DNA of 63,238 nt, the filler included, from Octopus bimaculoides (lineage: Eukaryota), in the NCBI RefSeq assembly GCF_001194135.2. It is 7 parts of 6 records of this genome, joined end to end, with 100 filler letters (N's around TTAATTAATTAA, not from the genome) between each part and the next. Parts side by side here need not be neighbours in the genome. Positions count along the whole stretch, not along the records: positions 32,501 to 51,359 come from NC_068992.1; positions 51,460 to 55,463 come from NW_026426260.1; positions 55,564 to 63,238 come from NC_068981.1; 4 more parts are not named here. One strand, written 5' to 3'. The notes beneath the pieces were generated by a model. It ran no database searches. It worked only from the letters and a program-made list of their open reading frames with translations, and was not told the origin of the DNA. Position numbers and translations under genes: made by a program. This document shows, one piece after another, positions 49,660 through 62,100 of the stretch. Positions within the stretch are counted from its first letter, which is position 1. Each line of letters opens with the position of its first letter.

Positions 49660-49990
49660 GTGCAGGGTGTTCAGAAAGTCTTTCCGCAGTAAATATTGTA
49701 TAACCAACCACAGCTGCATGGAATGAAGTACAAGCAGTCTTTACTCGTATTCTCTTCTATTGGTGGGTTTACACGAAGGAGATATTTGCGAAGTTTTGTA
49801 CCCCTTGAATACTGTCCTGATGTCATATAATTGGTTCATTGGGAACTGTGAGTGAAGATATAGACAACTGGTTGAAGGAGATTGGAATAGAACGTCCCGT
49901 TGAGCTTCTACAGAAAGTTTGTTTCTTATGGACAGGAGGTTTACCAAGAGTGGCTTAAGCACTTGAAAAACTATTGAAAGCTTGTGAATA
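49660..49990 (-). mobile_element. Penelope/Poseidon-type PLE fragment (linker and start of GIY-YIG)
   Basis: YDIRTVFKG, frameshift, then TKLRKYLLRVNPPIEENTSKDCLYFIPCSCG. Confidence 0.75.
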
Positions 49991-50349
49991 TCTAAGTTTA
50001 CAGGTAGTAATCCACTACCAATATAAATTCTACCAGGCATAAGTACGAATATGAGGCAAATAAACAACAACAACACCAACGAATTTAAAATTGAGAAATA
50101 AAATATTTCAAAGAATGGCATTATGCATAATAAACACTCGAAAACATTATATATATTTGAAAAATTATTCTCACATTATTCCAGGCAAAATTCAACAAAA
50201 AGTGTTATGGGCCGGCAACCAGTTACTTTTATAGGTGTTTGAGAGCTAATTCAACGTGACAGGTTATCATCATCAAGAAACACGCATATAAACATTATAT
50301 GTTCAATGGAGAAATCGACCTGAAGTTCTATTTCAACTGATATGGCATG

Positions 50350-51110
50350 GTAATTTTGAAAACAAGATAACTTTAAAATATGGTCAACATTAAACCGAAT
50401 CCAGACACCTCAAGAAGTTTAATATCATTGAAGAAAGTACAGTGTAGCATAGGCATAAAATATTACGAAGAGATAAAGTAGACGCATTAGTTTAATACAG
50501 GAACACAAAAAGACATTACATTTGCTTTTTCAGTTAAAACTCAATAAAATATGCTCAACTGGACGCCAGGTAAATTAGCATGGCTCAACAAGGAAACTGA
50601 GAATGTAGGAAACACTTTGCGTATTCACTGGAGGAATTGATCAGATATTCTGTTTTAACATATTTACTTAGAACGAACAACACTATCTACAATCCGATAT
50701 AGAACAATTATGTTTACGGACTACAAGGTAGCTATAAAATATGTCCATTAGAACGACATAAATATCTATTAGACATGAACTGTTTTCCGACTTCTTGGCG
50801 CCAAAAGGTTATACTATATAAATGGAATAACAGGCACTTATAAGGAAGACTAAGAAACTACAATAGAAATTGTAAACAAAATAAAACTAAAACTAAAGAT
50901 TAGGCTACAGAATGACATGGAAAAATAGCAAAGTAATCAAATATATGTGATAGAAGTGGCAAAAAAGAACGAAATGAAGGAGATAAGAAGGAAACATAAG
51001 CATTTGATGAAAATGGCGTTACTGAAACCTGTGATGAAAGGACATTTTTCCGATGCACAAGATGAAGACCTTAACATCAGGAAATACCAGACCTTATATG
51101 GAAAAGAAAG
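50350..51110 (+). mobile_element. Very decayed L1/Tx1-like APE region
   Basis: Remnants ILRRDKVDALV-IQEH and FTDYKVAI at plausible APE spacing; many stops and frameshifts. Confidence 0.3.
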
Positions 51111-51316
51111 AAAAAAAAACGAAACTGCAGAAAGCATGAGTATGGTTAAAACGGAAAACCTTCAACTTAATTTAGCCTACCTGTTTTAGGAAGGTCTTAC
51201 ACAGACACAGACATACACATACACATATACATATATCTATGCCACACATCCAGTATATATAGTCGTGTGTGTACGTCCGTATTCATACGCATATATATAC
51301 ATACATCCATAAGAGA

Positions 51317-51359
<43 letters not shown>

Positions 51360-51864
51360 NNNNNNNNNNNNNNNNNNNNNNNNNNNNNNNNNNNNNNNNN
51401 NNNTTAATTAATTAANNNNNNNNNNNNNNNNNNNNNNNNNNNNNNNNNNNNNNNNNNNNACATACATTTATAAGCACACATAATCATGAAGAAACATACA
51501 CTTAAGCAGACATGCATACACATATAGGCACATACCTAATGTTAATAGGTTAATAGAATATATTGTTTCGTGTCAGTTATCTGTCGAAAAACGTGTTTCC
51601 CTCCTAAATAGGAGGCTAAGCTATCACTGCTTTTGCACATGGCAATGTTTTATGCAAGCTAATGAAATATTCGTCTGTAATACAGCATCCTTGTCGTCTT
51701 CTTAAGCAGCAGACTATAGCAATCCCAAGGAAGTAGAAGTATCTATTTACATCGTGATTTGCTGGGCCATTGAGGGATAGATAAGAGAATCATTGCGAGG
51801 GCATTGTCATCATCAGTGAAATTCAAACTCAAAATGGCGATGCATGGAAATTGATAATGTAAAG

Positions 51865-52188
51865 CACTGGTTCCCAACCTTTTAGCGTCACGACACATTT
51901 TGGCAAATTAGTAATCCTCTCACTACCCGCTTTTTTTTTTTTTTTAGAGATATTTAAGCAAAAATAATTTTCTAAAAAAACTAATATATCAACATTTGTA
52001 AACTTTCATGGGAAAATATTACTCGGGTTTTGTTTGCCGTCAGTGTCTTTGGCTTATTGTATAACAAACATATTCATGAATATTTTATTTTTTATGAAAT
52101 ATTTCGAAAGTAAAAATGTTTAGCCTTCGCAACACTTTTAGAATTATATTGTGATGCAGTATGGATCACGATTCCTAAGTTGGGAATA
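51865..52188. mobile_element. hAT-like non-autonomous element
   Basis: Starts cactggttcccaacc and ends gttgggaat at the gap, like Charlie-type TIRs. Confidence 0.4.
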
Positions 52189-52838
52189 NNNNNNNNNNNN
52201 NNNNNNNNNNNNNNNNNNNNNNNNNNNNNNNNNNNNNNNNNNNNNNNNNNNNNNNNNNNNNNNNNNNNNNNNNNNNNNNNNNNNNNNNNNNNNNNNNNNN
52301 NNNNNNNNNNNNNNNNNNNNNNNNNNNNNNNNNNNNNNNNNNNNNNNNNNNNNNNNNNNNNNNNNNNNNNNNNNNNNNNNNNNNNNNNNNNNNNNNNNNN
52401 NNNNNNNNNNNNNNNNNNNNNNNNNNNNNNNNNNNNNNNNNNNNNNNNNNNNNNNNNNNNNNNNNNNNNNNNNNNNNNNNNNNNNNNNNNNNNNNNNNNN
52501 NNNNNNNNNNNNNNNNNNNNNNNNNNNNNNNNNNNNNNNNNNNNNNNNNNNNNNNNNNNNNNNNNNNNNNNNNNNNNNNNNNNNNNNNNNNNNNNNNNNN
52601 NNNNNNNNNNNNNNNNNNNNNNNNNNNNNNNNNNNNNNNNNNNNNNNNNNNNNNNNNNNNNNNNNNNNNNNNNNNNNNNNNNNNNNNNNNNNNNNNNNNN
52701 NNNNNNNNNNNNNNNNNNNNNNNNNNNNNNNNNNNNNNNNNNNNNNNNNNNNNNNNNNNNNNNNNNNNNNNNNNNNNNNNNNNNNNNNNNNNNNNNNNNN
52801 NNNNNNNNNNNNNNNNNNNNNNNNNNNNNNNNNNNNNA

Positions 52839-53186
52839 TAGGATCGCGGTTTCGATTCCCAGACCGGGCGTTGTGAGAGTTTATTGAGCGAAAACACCTA
52901 AAGCCCCACGGGGCTCCGGCAGGGGATGGTGGCCAACCCTGCTGTACTCTTTCACCACAACTTTCTCTCACTCTTACTTCCTGTTTCTGTTGTACCTGTA
53001 ATTCAAAGGGCCAGCCTTGTCACACTGTGTCACGCTGAATATCCCCGAGAACTACGTTAAGGGTACACGTGTCTGTGGAGTGCTCAGCCACTTGCACGTT
53101 AATTTCACGAGCAGGCTGTTCCGTCGATCGGATCAACTGGAACCCTCGACATCGTAAGCGACGGAGTGTCAACAACAACAACAACA
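52839..53186 (+). mobile_element. tRNA-derived SINE, family C, (CAA)n tail
   Basis: B-box gtttcgattc; highly similar to 54735-55105. Confidence 0.88.
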
Positions 53187-53874
53187 ATATTTGCAGTGAT
53201 AAAAATGGCAGGAAAGGTGGGGAGATCTTGTAAGTAAAATATGATATAATATACATTTGGGCGTAGCCCAAATGTAAAAATTTAAAAGTGGGCCATCACA
53301 AAAAGGTATTGTTGAAACATGTAGTAAAGAGAAACATTTCCTTATTAGTCGCAATGTTTGTATCATAATTGGGAAATATTAAAACCAACTTTTGATGAAT
53401 TAACGTATATTGTATTTATCAACTCAATCAGGATTTGAACTCAACAAACATTTAATAATAATAATTTATCCTGTTCTCTCTCCTGTACCACTTTCAAAAT
53501 TACAAATTAGATCGAAGTTATTACATTTAAGCTGTATTGTTTTTGTTTCTTTAGAATATTCTAATACAAATCATGAAGAAGCCGTTACCTACCTGCTTCA
53601 GTTGATGTTCAGTGTTAAAGGAATATGTCACATAAGGGAAGAGATAAGAAACCGGGAATAAGTTTTCATGGCTGAAATATCAAAATAAAATGTAGTTTGA
53701 CATTTTGGATTAACTTGTGGATTAACTTCAGTTCTGTCCGCCAGTCCATCCATCCGTCCGTCCACCCGTCCGTCCGTCCGTCCGTCCGTCCGCTCGTCCG
53801 TCCGTCCCTTCCTTCCTTCCTTCCTTCCTTCCTTCCTTCCTTCCTTCCTTCCTTCCTTCCTTTACTCTTTTACG

Positions 53875-53996
53875 CTTTTACTTGTTTCAGTCATTTGACT
53901 GCGGCCATGCTGGAGCACCGCCTTTAGTCGAGCAAATCGAACCCCAGGACTTATTCTTTGTAAGCCTAGTACTTATTATATCGGTCTATTTTGCCG
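53875..53996 (-). mobile_element. Family D SINE 3' part
   Basis: Near-identical to 18105-18220; runs into the gap. Confidence 0.85.
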
Positions 53997-54734
53997 NNNN
54001 NNNNNNNNNNNNNNNNNNNNNNNNNNNNNNNNNNNNNNNNNNNNNNNNNNNNNNNNNNNNNNNNNNNNNNNNNNNNNNNNNNNNNNNNNNNNNNNNNNNN
54101 NNNNNNNNNNNNNNNNNNNNNNNNNNNNNNNNNNNNNNNNNNNNNNNNNNNNNNNNNNNNNNNNNNNNNNNNNNNNNNNNNNNNNNNNNNNNNNNNNNNN
54201 NNNNNNNNNNNNNNNNNNNNNNNNNNNNNNNNNNNNNNNNNNNNNNNNNNNNNNNNNNNNNNNNNNNNNNNNNNNNNNNNNNNNNNNNNNNNNNNNNNNN
54301 NNNNNNNNNNNNNNNNNNNNNNNNNNNNNNNNNNNNNNNNNNNNNNNNNNNNNNNNNNNNNNNNNNNNNNNNNNNNNNNNNNNNNNNNNNNNNNNNNNNN
54401 NNNNNNNNNNNNNNNNNNNNNNNNNNNNNNNNNNNNNNNNNNNNNNNNNNNNNNNNNNNNNNNNNNNNNNNNNNNNNNNNNNNNNNNNNNNNNNNNNNNN
54501 NNNNNNNNNNNNNNNNNNNNNNNNNNNNNNNNNNNNNNNNNNNNNNNNNNNNNNNNNNNNNNNNNNNNNNNNNNNNNNNNNNNNNNNNNNNNNNNNNNNN
54601 NNNNNNNNNNNNNNNNNNNNNNNNNNNNNNNNNNNNNNNNNNNNNNNNNNNNNNNNNNNNNNNNNNNNNNNNNNNNNNNNNNNNNNNNNNNNNNNNNNNN
54701 NNNNNNNNNNNNNNNNNNNNNNNNNNNNNNNNNN

Positions 54735-55105
54735 GGCCCAGTGGTTAGGGCAGAGGATTCGCGGTCATAGGATTGCGGTTTCGATTCTCAGACCGGGCGT
54801 TGTGAGTGTTTATTGAGCGAAAACACCTCAACACGAGGCTCCGGCAGGGGATGGTGGCGAACCCTGCTGTACTCTTCCACCACAACTTTCTCTCACTCTT
54901 ATTTCCTGTTTCTGTTGTGCCTGTAATTCAAAGGGTCAGCCTTGTCACACTGTGTCACGCTGAATATCCCCGAGAACTACGTTAAGGGTACACGTGTCTG
55001 TGGAGTGCTCAGCCACTTGCACGTTAATTTCACGAGCAGGCTGTTCCGTTGATCGGATCAACTGGAACCCTAGACGTCGTAAACGACGGAGTGCCAACAA
55101 CAACA
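54735..55105 (+). mobile_element. tRNA-derived SINE, family C
   Basis: A-box ggcccagtgg, B-box gtttcgattc, (CAA)n tail. Confidence 0.9.
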
Positions 55106-55612
55106 ATTGTATAGGATACGGTGAAACAACAGTCCGAGCAAGTTTAACCACTGATCTGTTTGCATTTTAAGCCTGTTGTTGTTTAGCCCCAGCGTAGCTA
55201 TGACTGAACCAACCCATGATCAAAGGTGTTCCAACGATGGTCATCCCATCAATTTTAAGAAGGAAGCACTATATATCTAAAACTACACCATCGAATGTAT
55301 AGTTTTCCTTTTCCCCGCCTGTCGGTTGGGTGTAATTTAAATAAAAGATTTGACGCTTTTCCTTTTAGATTGACTTACGAGGCAGGTTTTGACTTGGTTA
55401 GTGAATCATAATTGTTCTGCATCTACCGTTAGCGTTGCACATCCATCCATCCATCCATCCATCNNNNNNNNNNNNNNNNNNNNNNNNNNNNNNNNNNNNN
55501 NNNNNNNTTAATTAATTAANNNNNNNNNNNNNNNNNNNNNNNNNNNNNNNNNNNNNNNNNNNNTACATACATACATACATATATATATGTATATATATTA
55601 TACATATATATA

Positions 55613-56600
55613 CAGGGCTTGGACAAAAATATGGAAACACCTTAAAATTTCAAACGAACTTATTTTGATATGGGGTAGGACCGCCTTTGGCAGTAATTAC
55701 AGCTTGAATTCTATGAGATATGGACTCGTACAAAGTTTGAATTGTTTCCAAAGGAACTGTTGTCCATTCTTCAGCTAAAACAGTCTCCAGTTCTTATAGT
55801 GATGATGGCGGAGGATATCGTCTCCTTACTTGTTTTTTCTAAAATGTACCATGAATGGTGTTCAACTTGAGATAAGATGTTCAACTTCACTAGAATGTTC
55901 CTCGTGCCATTCGATAACAACTTTAGCTGTGTGAATTGGTGCATTATCATCCTGAAAGATTGCGTTTCCCTCGGAAACAGTTTGCAACCATAGGATAAAT
56001 TTGATCAGATAAAATGCTTAATCTTGACTATTAATTCTGCCATGAAGGGAAACCATTGGGCCGGCGGATTTCCAAGATATAGCCCCACCGAACATCACAG
56101 ATTCTCCTCCATGTTTAACAGTTGGAAGAAAGCAATCTGAGTCAAATGCTTCTTTTTGGCTGTTTCCATGCGTACACTCGGCCGGTGGTCGGAAATAAGG
56201 TAAAGAATGACTCGTCCGAGAAAATAACATTCTTCCACTGCTCTAGGGACCAATTCTGTAAACGCTTTGCAACGTTTGTTTTTTGAAAGTTGTGGTTTTC
56301 TGATTGCAGCCCTCCCATGAAATGCAGCTTTATGCAACGCCCGGCGAACAGTTTTTCTGGAAACTGGGTTCTCGAGGTGGTCATGAAGCTCTGCAGTAAT
56401 TTTGAGGGTTGTACTTTTGTGATCCTTTCTACCAATTCGCGTAAGAGCCCGACGGTCCCTATCTGAATGTTTTGGTTTTCTTCCGGAGTTTTGTTTCGAC
56501 GATGAGGTTTTTCTCTCTTTCTCAAAAGCTGTCATTACTTTCGAGACAGTACTTCTTGATACACAGAAAAGTCTAAAACACACTTCCCTTATCAATCCAA
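55613..56600 (-). mobile_element. Tc1-like (DD34E) transposon, one TIR, 5'-truncated pseudogene
   Basis: TA|cagggcttggacaaaaatatggaaacacc TIR; transposase SGRKPK...FSDES...TVKHGG...FQDDNAPIH...IQAVITAKGGPTPY; frameshifts; the WPPQSPDLN segment is deleted. Confidence 0.95.
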
Positions 56601-57618
56601 CAACCTCCACCTACAAATGAAATCTATATTCCTGTTTTCAATAAAGTAATTCACGTTATCTTTTTCTTTTCTTTTCTTTTCATGCTGCAGCTTGGATTTT
56701 TCACACGATACAAAAAGTTAGAAGAAGAAAAAGAGAATCTCGACCCAGATGGAAACGAAAATAAAAAACCAAACGATGAAAATGAAAATAGATAGCAACA
56801 TAGAAAAAGAAGGCGATTAGATTGTAGAAAATAAGGAATTTAAATAATAACTTATTCCTGTAAATTGCGAAAATTGCCCATTGAATGATGGCAATCCTTG
56901 TAAATCGTGTTCATAAATGGAGGAATTCATGAAACATAAATCAGAAATGCTGGTCAGTAGCGCCTTATTTTCAAATGGGAATATAATATAAATCTTAATT
57001 TATTAACGGATTCTTTCCTAAAAACATTCGAAAACTTTTTCTGCATTTTTCTGATTTTTGCTTTCTCGTACATTTTTTTTCTTTCGTTGTTATTTTTAGT
57101 TGTTAACTGGATTTGTTGTAATTATATTATTTGATGTTTTGTTTTGTTATTCTATTTTTTTTCATTGTTTATAGAAAGGATGACAGAATTGCGAGTATTA
57201 CTTTCTTCTATACGTCTTTGTTTTGAGTTCCTTGCAAGTTTATTTTATTTATCATCTTTCGAGGATCAGTAAAACAATTACCACGCATGTACTGGATTCT
57301 GTTTAACAGAGCCAAAATTTATGATCTCGTATCAACGCACGAAATCTACATCGAATAACAATTTTTTAAGTGACTGTTAGTTTTAAATATCATGCACCAA
57401 TGTAACAAAATAACTTTCTTATACGACTATGGAGTGACATAATCTATTGAATAGTATATTAAATATCTTACAGTAATCTATTATTTCCTGTTACGTTGTT
57501 AGTTTAAATCACTGACAGTCAGTTCTCCCAAGATCCATAGAGTAACTACCAACAATTTACTAGTGTCGATTCAATTAGCTTTTTTTTAAATCTAATGTCA
57601 GATTATTATTGGTTTCAA

Positions 57619-58002
57619 TTTTGGCACAACGCACGCAAGACTAGGGAGGGGGAAAGTCAATTACATCAACCCTAGTGCTTAACTGGTACTTATTTTATCA
57701 ACCCAAAAGGATGAAAGACAAAGTCGACCTTGGTGGAATTCGGGCTAAAAATTTAAAGACAAACGAAATGTCACCAAACATTTTGCCCGGTGTGCTAACT
57801 ATTCCGCCAACTTGCTGCCTTTGCGCCGGGCATAATGCTTGGCAGCACTTCGTCCGTCTCTACGTACTGAATTTAAATTCCATCGAGGTCGACTTTGCCT
57901 ATCATCTTTTCGGGGTCAATAAAATAAGTATCAGTTGGAGTCGATGAGATCGACATATCCTCTCCCTCAAAATTCGAGGATTTGTGCCAAAATTGGAAAT
58001 CA
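57619..58002. mobile_element. Head-to-head inverted pair of Meta-like SINEs
   Basis: Minus copy at 57619-57820 directly abuts a plus copy at 57821-58002. Confidence 0.8.
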
Positions 58003-58249
58003 ATATTATTCTAGTTCCTGTTGTTATTGTACAATATATCAGTAACCACTTAAAAAATTTCTAAACGAGCCACGACTACGACCCAAGTTGATTCGTGGGG
58101 AGAGAATGATAGGTAAATTAATCCCATGTAGGAATTGAACATAGGAGATAAGGTTAGACATTCAGTCCAACATTGTATTGTTTCTGCCACCCAGTCACCC
58201 AGTCAACCAGACGAATTGTTATGAGTTTTACATTGATACAGGACTTCAA

Positions 58250-58370
58250 AATTGAGAGTGGGAGAATTGCAGTTAATTTAATTGACCTCAATATTTGCTG
58301 GCACTTATTTCATCGACTCCAGCAAGATGAAAAGTAAAGTCGACTTTAGGGCATTTGAACCCGGAACATA
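58250..58370 (-). mobile_element. Meta-like SINE fragment
   Basis: ttattcatcgactccagcaagatgaaaagtaaagtcgac is a reverse-complement core remnant. Confidence 0.6.
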
Positions 58371-58587
58371 AATGAATGTAATTTAATCCTATCGGAATTT
58401 AATCGTCTCCATTCACCAAGGTTGCATAAAGTTGCCAAGTGATTTAATGTATTTGATATTTGAACTAACATAATTATATTGATTACTAACATTGGTACGA
58501 GGGCAACAAATATACAAAACAGAGTACAATGACATAACCTAATATATGTGGGGTATACATGCATAATCACAAAGGGCAAAATGTGTA

Positions 58588-58820
58588 CAGTAATCCCTCG
58601 CCGTATCGCGGTTCACCTATCGCGTTTCACCTGTCTCGGTTTATTTTTTAAGCTTACGTCGATTCCTCCGTGGTGTTGTTTTGCATTTATGATAAAATAA
58701 ATATACACAAATTATATTTAAAAATATGCAGTATAGTACTGTTTCTACTTCGCGGATTTTCCCCTATCGCGGCGGGTGGGTGGGTGAAACGTAACAACCG
58801 CGATAGTCGAGAGATTACTG
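58588..58820. mobile_element. pogo/Tigger-like MITE
   Basis: TA TSD at 58586-58587 and 58821-58822; TIRs cagtaatccctcg..tatcgcggtt / aaccgcgatagtcgagagattactg. Confidence 0.88.
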
Positions 58821-58825
58821 TATAT

Positions 58826-59103
58826 GTTTTTTCTACTCTAGGCACAAGGCCCGAAATTTGTGGGGAGGGGGTCAGTCGATTACATTGACCCCAATACGCA
58901 ACTGGTACTTAATTTATCGACCCCGAAAGGATGAAAGATAAAGTCGATCTCAGCGGAATTTGAACTCAGAACATAAAGACAGACGAAATGCCGCTAAGCA
59001 TTTCGCCCGGCGTGCTAACGTTTCTTATTCGTTTATTACCCGCAAGGGGCTGAACATAGAGGGAACAAACAAGGACAGACAAAGGGATTAAGTCGATTAC
59101 AAC
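58826..59103 (-). mobile_element. Composite Meta-like SINE (first-unit tail plus second unit)
   Basis: Reverse complement: cttaatccctttgtctgtccttgtttgttccctc...ccccttgcgggtaataaacgaataagaaacgttagcacg...core...gtgcctagagtagaaaa. Confidence 0.85.
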
Positions 59104-59126
59104 GACAATATATATATACATATACG

Positions 59127-59181
<55 letters not shown>

Positions 59182-62100
59182 ATATGTATGTATATATGTA
59201 TAGTATTGTATACGAAGTATATAACAAAGATCCACCGAATGGCTAGACAGCCCTTAATGATGGATTAGGATAGACTAAAAGCACTATCGCCATCCGTTAT
59301 GGGAATACACCCTGTGACTAATCAAACTTAAAAGGTCGGACCTTATAGCCACACTAAATTCGTTTCTCTCACCCTTGTTTCGTAAAATATGCAGTCTCAC
59401 GTACTTCATGTGATATTTGAAGAAGTTCATGAGGAATTTTGTCAGATGGGAAATTTCTGTCTTCAACCCTTCCGACCTCATTCTCTATAGGTACCAGAAA
59501 GAGAAAATTATTATTAGTAATGGGAAGTCGGTAGGGTGATATTCACAATGGACTCAGGTGACGGCTTCATCTGTTCTACATGCATTAACAGACATAATGC
59601 AGCAAATGAACACACCGGACACATTTGATACATTTCCCAATGAGTCGAAAACTGTGAACGCGTAACAATACTCCGAATGTCAAGTCTCTTGCTCGATTTA
59701 ATAGAATCCATATTGGTTAACTCAAGGATAAAAAAAGTACTTCTGACAAAAAGAAATAAATACACTACACCCTCACCTTTCAGATGTAGCATCAGTACCT
59801 ATTGCAGTATCATTACCTACAGTGCCTCCGTACAGCAGTTAGCAGTGAAAGTCAGCAGTTGATGGATCGATAGCTTGATACCTAACAGTTCCGATATATA
59901 TCCATTTACCTTGATCAAGGAGATGGAGGTTATTTTGAATTGATCTTTCTGAGATTTTGCCTGTTGTACGTATCCGACGTCTCTTATCAAGACCAAACGA
60001 ACTATGTGATAACTGAAATATATTTTAACCAGCTAAGACCAAAATTTATCCATTATAATTCCTTATCTCCTATTCTCAGCATCTATTCTTCAGCTGTCAT
60101 AGCTGATTCAAGTCTACTGCCAGTTACGGTAAATGACTACTAAGACAAAGAGAAAAAAACTGAACTTTGAAATATTTAAATAGAGTCATCAGGCATGCAA
60201 TCAAAATTTGTTATTCTTCTGGAGTAGGCACTCGGTACTTACCGCATCTAAGATGTTATAAACCTTTTACACTATTTCTGGCAAGTAAAAGATCACGAAG
60301 CAATGAAGGAGCTGAAATGCTTGAAATAACAGATAAATCTCCTTCGAACCACACTGTACCATATTAAAAAGCAAAGAAATTTTGGTTAAGGTAACCCCAA
60401 ATATATTGTCTAAAAAGTAATCGGAGCTGACGTGGGGCTAAGTAACAAGCGCTTCTACTGATAACTGTAGCAAACAGTCCAAACTGGTTAGATACCCCCA
60501 AACAAATGGTTTGGAAACACCCAGCTGGAGGAGTACTATGTTTGCTTACACTCGGATATTACACACCAAACTCAAATTGTCAAAGAGTATCCTATCATTC
60601 TTTGGCTGCACAAATCTTTTAAACATTTTCTGTAGTCTCAAGCTGTAGAGCACGCACAAGCAATGCAATCTTTATCTTTAGCGTCGAAAGGAATGGTCAA
60701 TCTTACCCCAGGCACCTCGACAACAATAGCTTTCCTACAAGCCTCTTCTCGTCTATCGATTAATCTAGTATTTTCAATTAGTAGTTCTTTATTTATTGTA
60801 AGCGATTCAAAACTAATTTTTCCTTCTAAGCCCACTCATTATTTAATATCCTTCGTCAATTGCAGTTTAACTTACTGAATATTCCAATTACCGAAAGATT
60901 TATGACTCAGAGTGTAACATATTCAACTTCCAATAACTGAATGTTTAGAAGTCCTAACTTGTTTAACTGAGCTAACTTCTGATAAAGCGGATAGTAAGAC
61001 GTAGTTTGAGAATAATTTAGTTGTTATTTCTAGTAGGTTGAGTGACTATGCGACTTTAATTTTGACGTTGAATCAACTTTTCTATCTTGACTACAAATTA
61101 CAAGCTTGTATATGTAGCCAACTTCCTGAAATATGGAAAGCGTAATTATTAGTATCCGCTCACTAAATAAATTTAGCGTTGGCTTCTTCGGCAAATCCAG
61201 TCGTTTTTGTCGAATAATTAGAAGTCCCTCCCTGAGTAAATTTAGTAAGTCTTTACAGTCTTAATTTCTACTCGCTACTCTCACATAATTCCAACACTGT
61301 CTAAGTACCTATATATATTGAGCAGTATATCTAGGATAACTAATAGACGATATCTTTAAGAATGCTTTTAGGTACTTGAAGAAGACAGTGCCACAACGGC
61401 CAAACGGCCACTATCTGCCTCCGCTTTCACTTCTACTCACGTACTGAAACATTGAAATCCTTCGTGTTCAGAAAGACAGTCGTCGCTAAAAGATCTGTAG
61501 ATTTCCGAAACAATACTGGTGCTACATTAGATCCATATCAAGTGAACAACGAGTAGACGTCGTTTTTCATCAGAAACAGTGAATTTGTCGTATTGACAAA
61601 CTTAATTTCACTGATGACTTTTACAAATTCAAATGACACAAGGCCTTGCAGTACTTTGCTACCAAAACTCCCCAAACCACGTTCAAGTTCTAGGTAATAC
61701 CCATGGTCGGAGTCAATGGAAACATAATAAAAATGGATATCTGGTTTCTAGTAGATGTGGAATTTGATGTAAGAAGGCTGGGGTTTTATTGCAACAAAGA
61801 AATCTGCAACGCCCGAAGTAATGATTTCCATACCATTTTATACACGTTAGAATAGGTTAGCAACCCCTCCTCTTTGATTATTGTCCTTTGATTTCTTTCG
61901 CCAGCAAGGTATTTTATTTTATTGCATTGGTCATCTTTATGATAATTTTTCGAGTCTGAATGAGCGAATAAAATATTATTTTAGCGTTCTTTGACATTAT
62001 TTTACTCTGGAAAACTTCGACGTTTTGTATTATACAGTAATTGTAGTCACACCTCTTCCTCGCTGCACAATTGTAGTCACATCTCTTCCTCACTGCATCG

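Noticed and set aside
54735-54810. tRNA gene-like sequence
   Set aside because: A and B boxes continue directly into a ~370-bp body repeated at 52839 with a (CAA)n tail; it is a SINE head.
59750-61500. Protocadherin pseudogene (octopus expansion)
   Set aside because: Only vague resemblances (FNVSVRE, IDRREE, PVTVND) on inconsistent strands and frames; no DxNDNxPxF or LDRE motifs at cadherin spacing.
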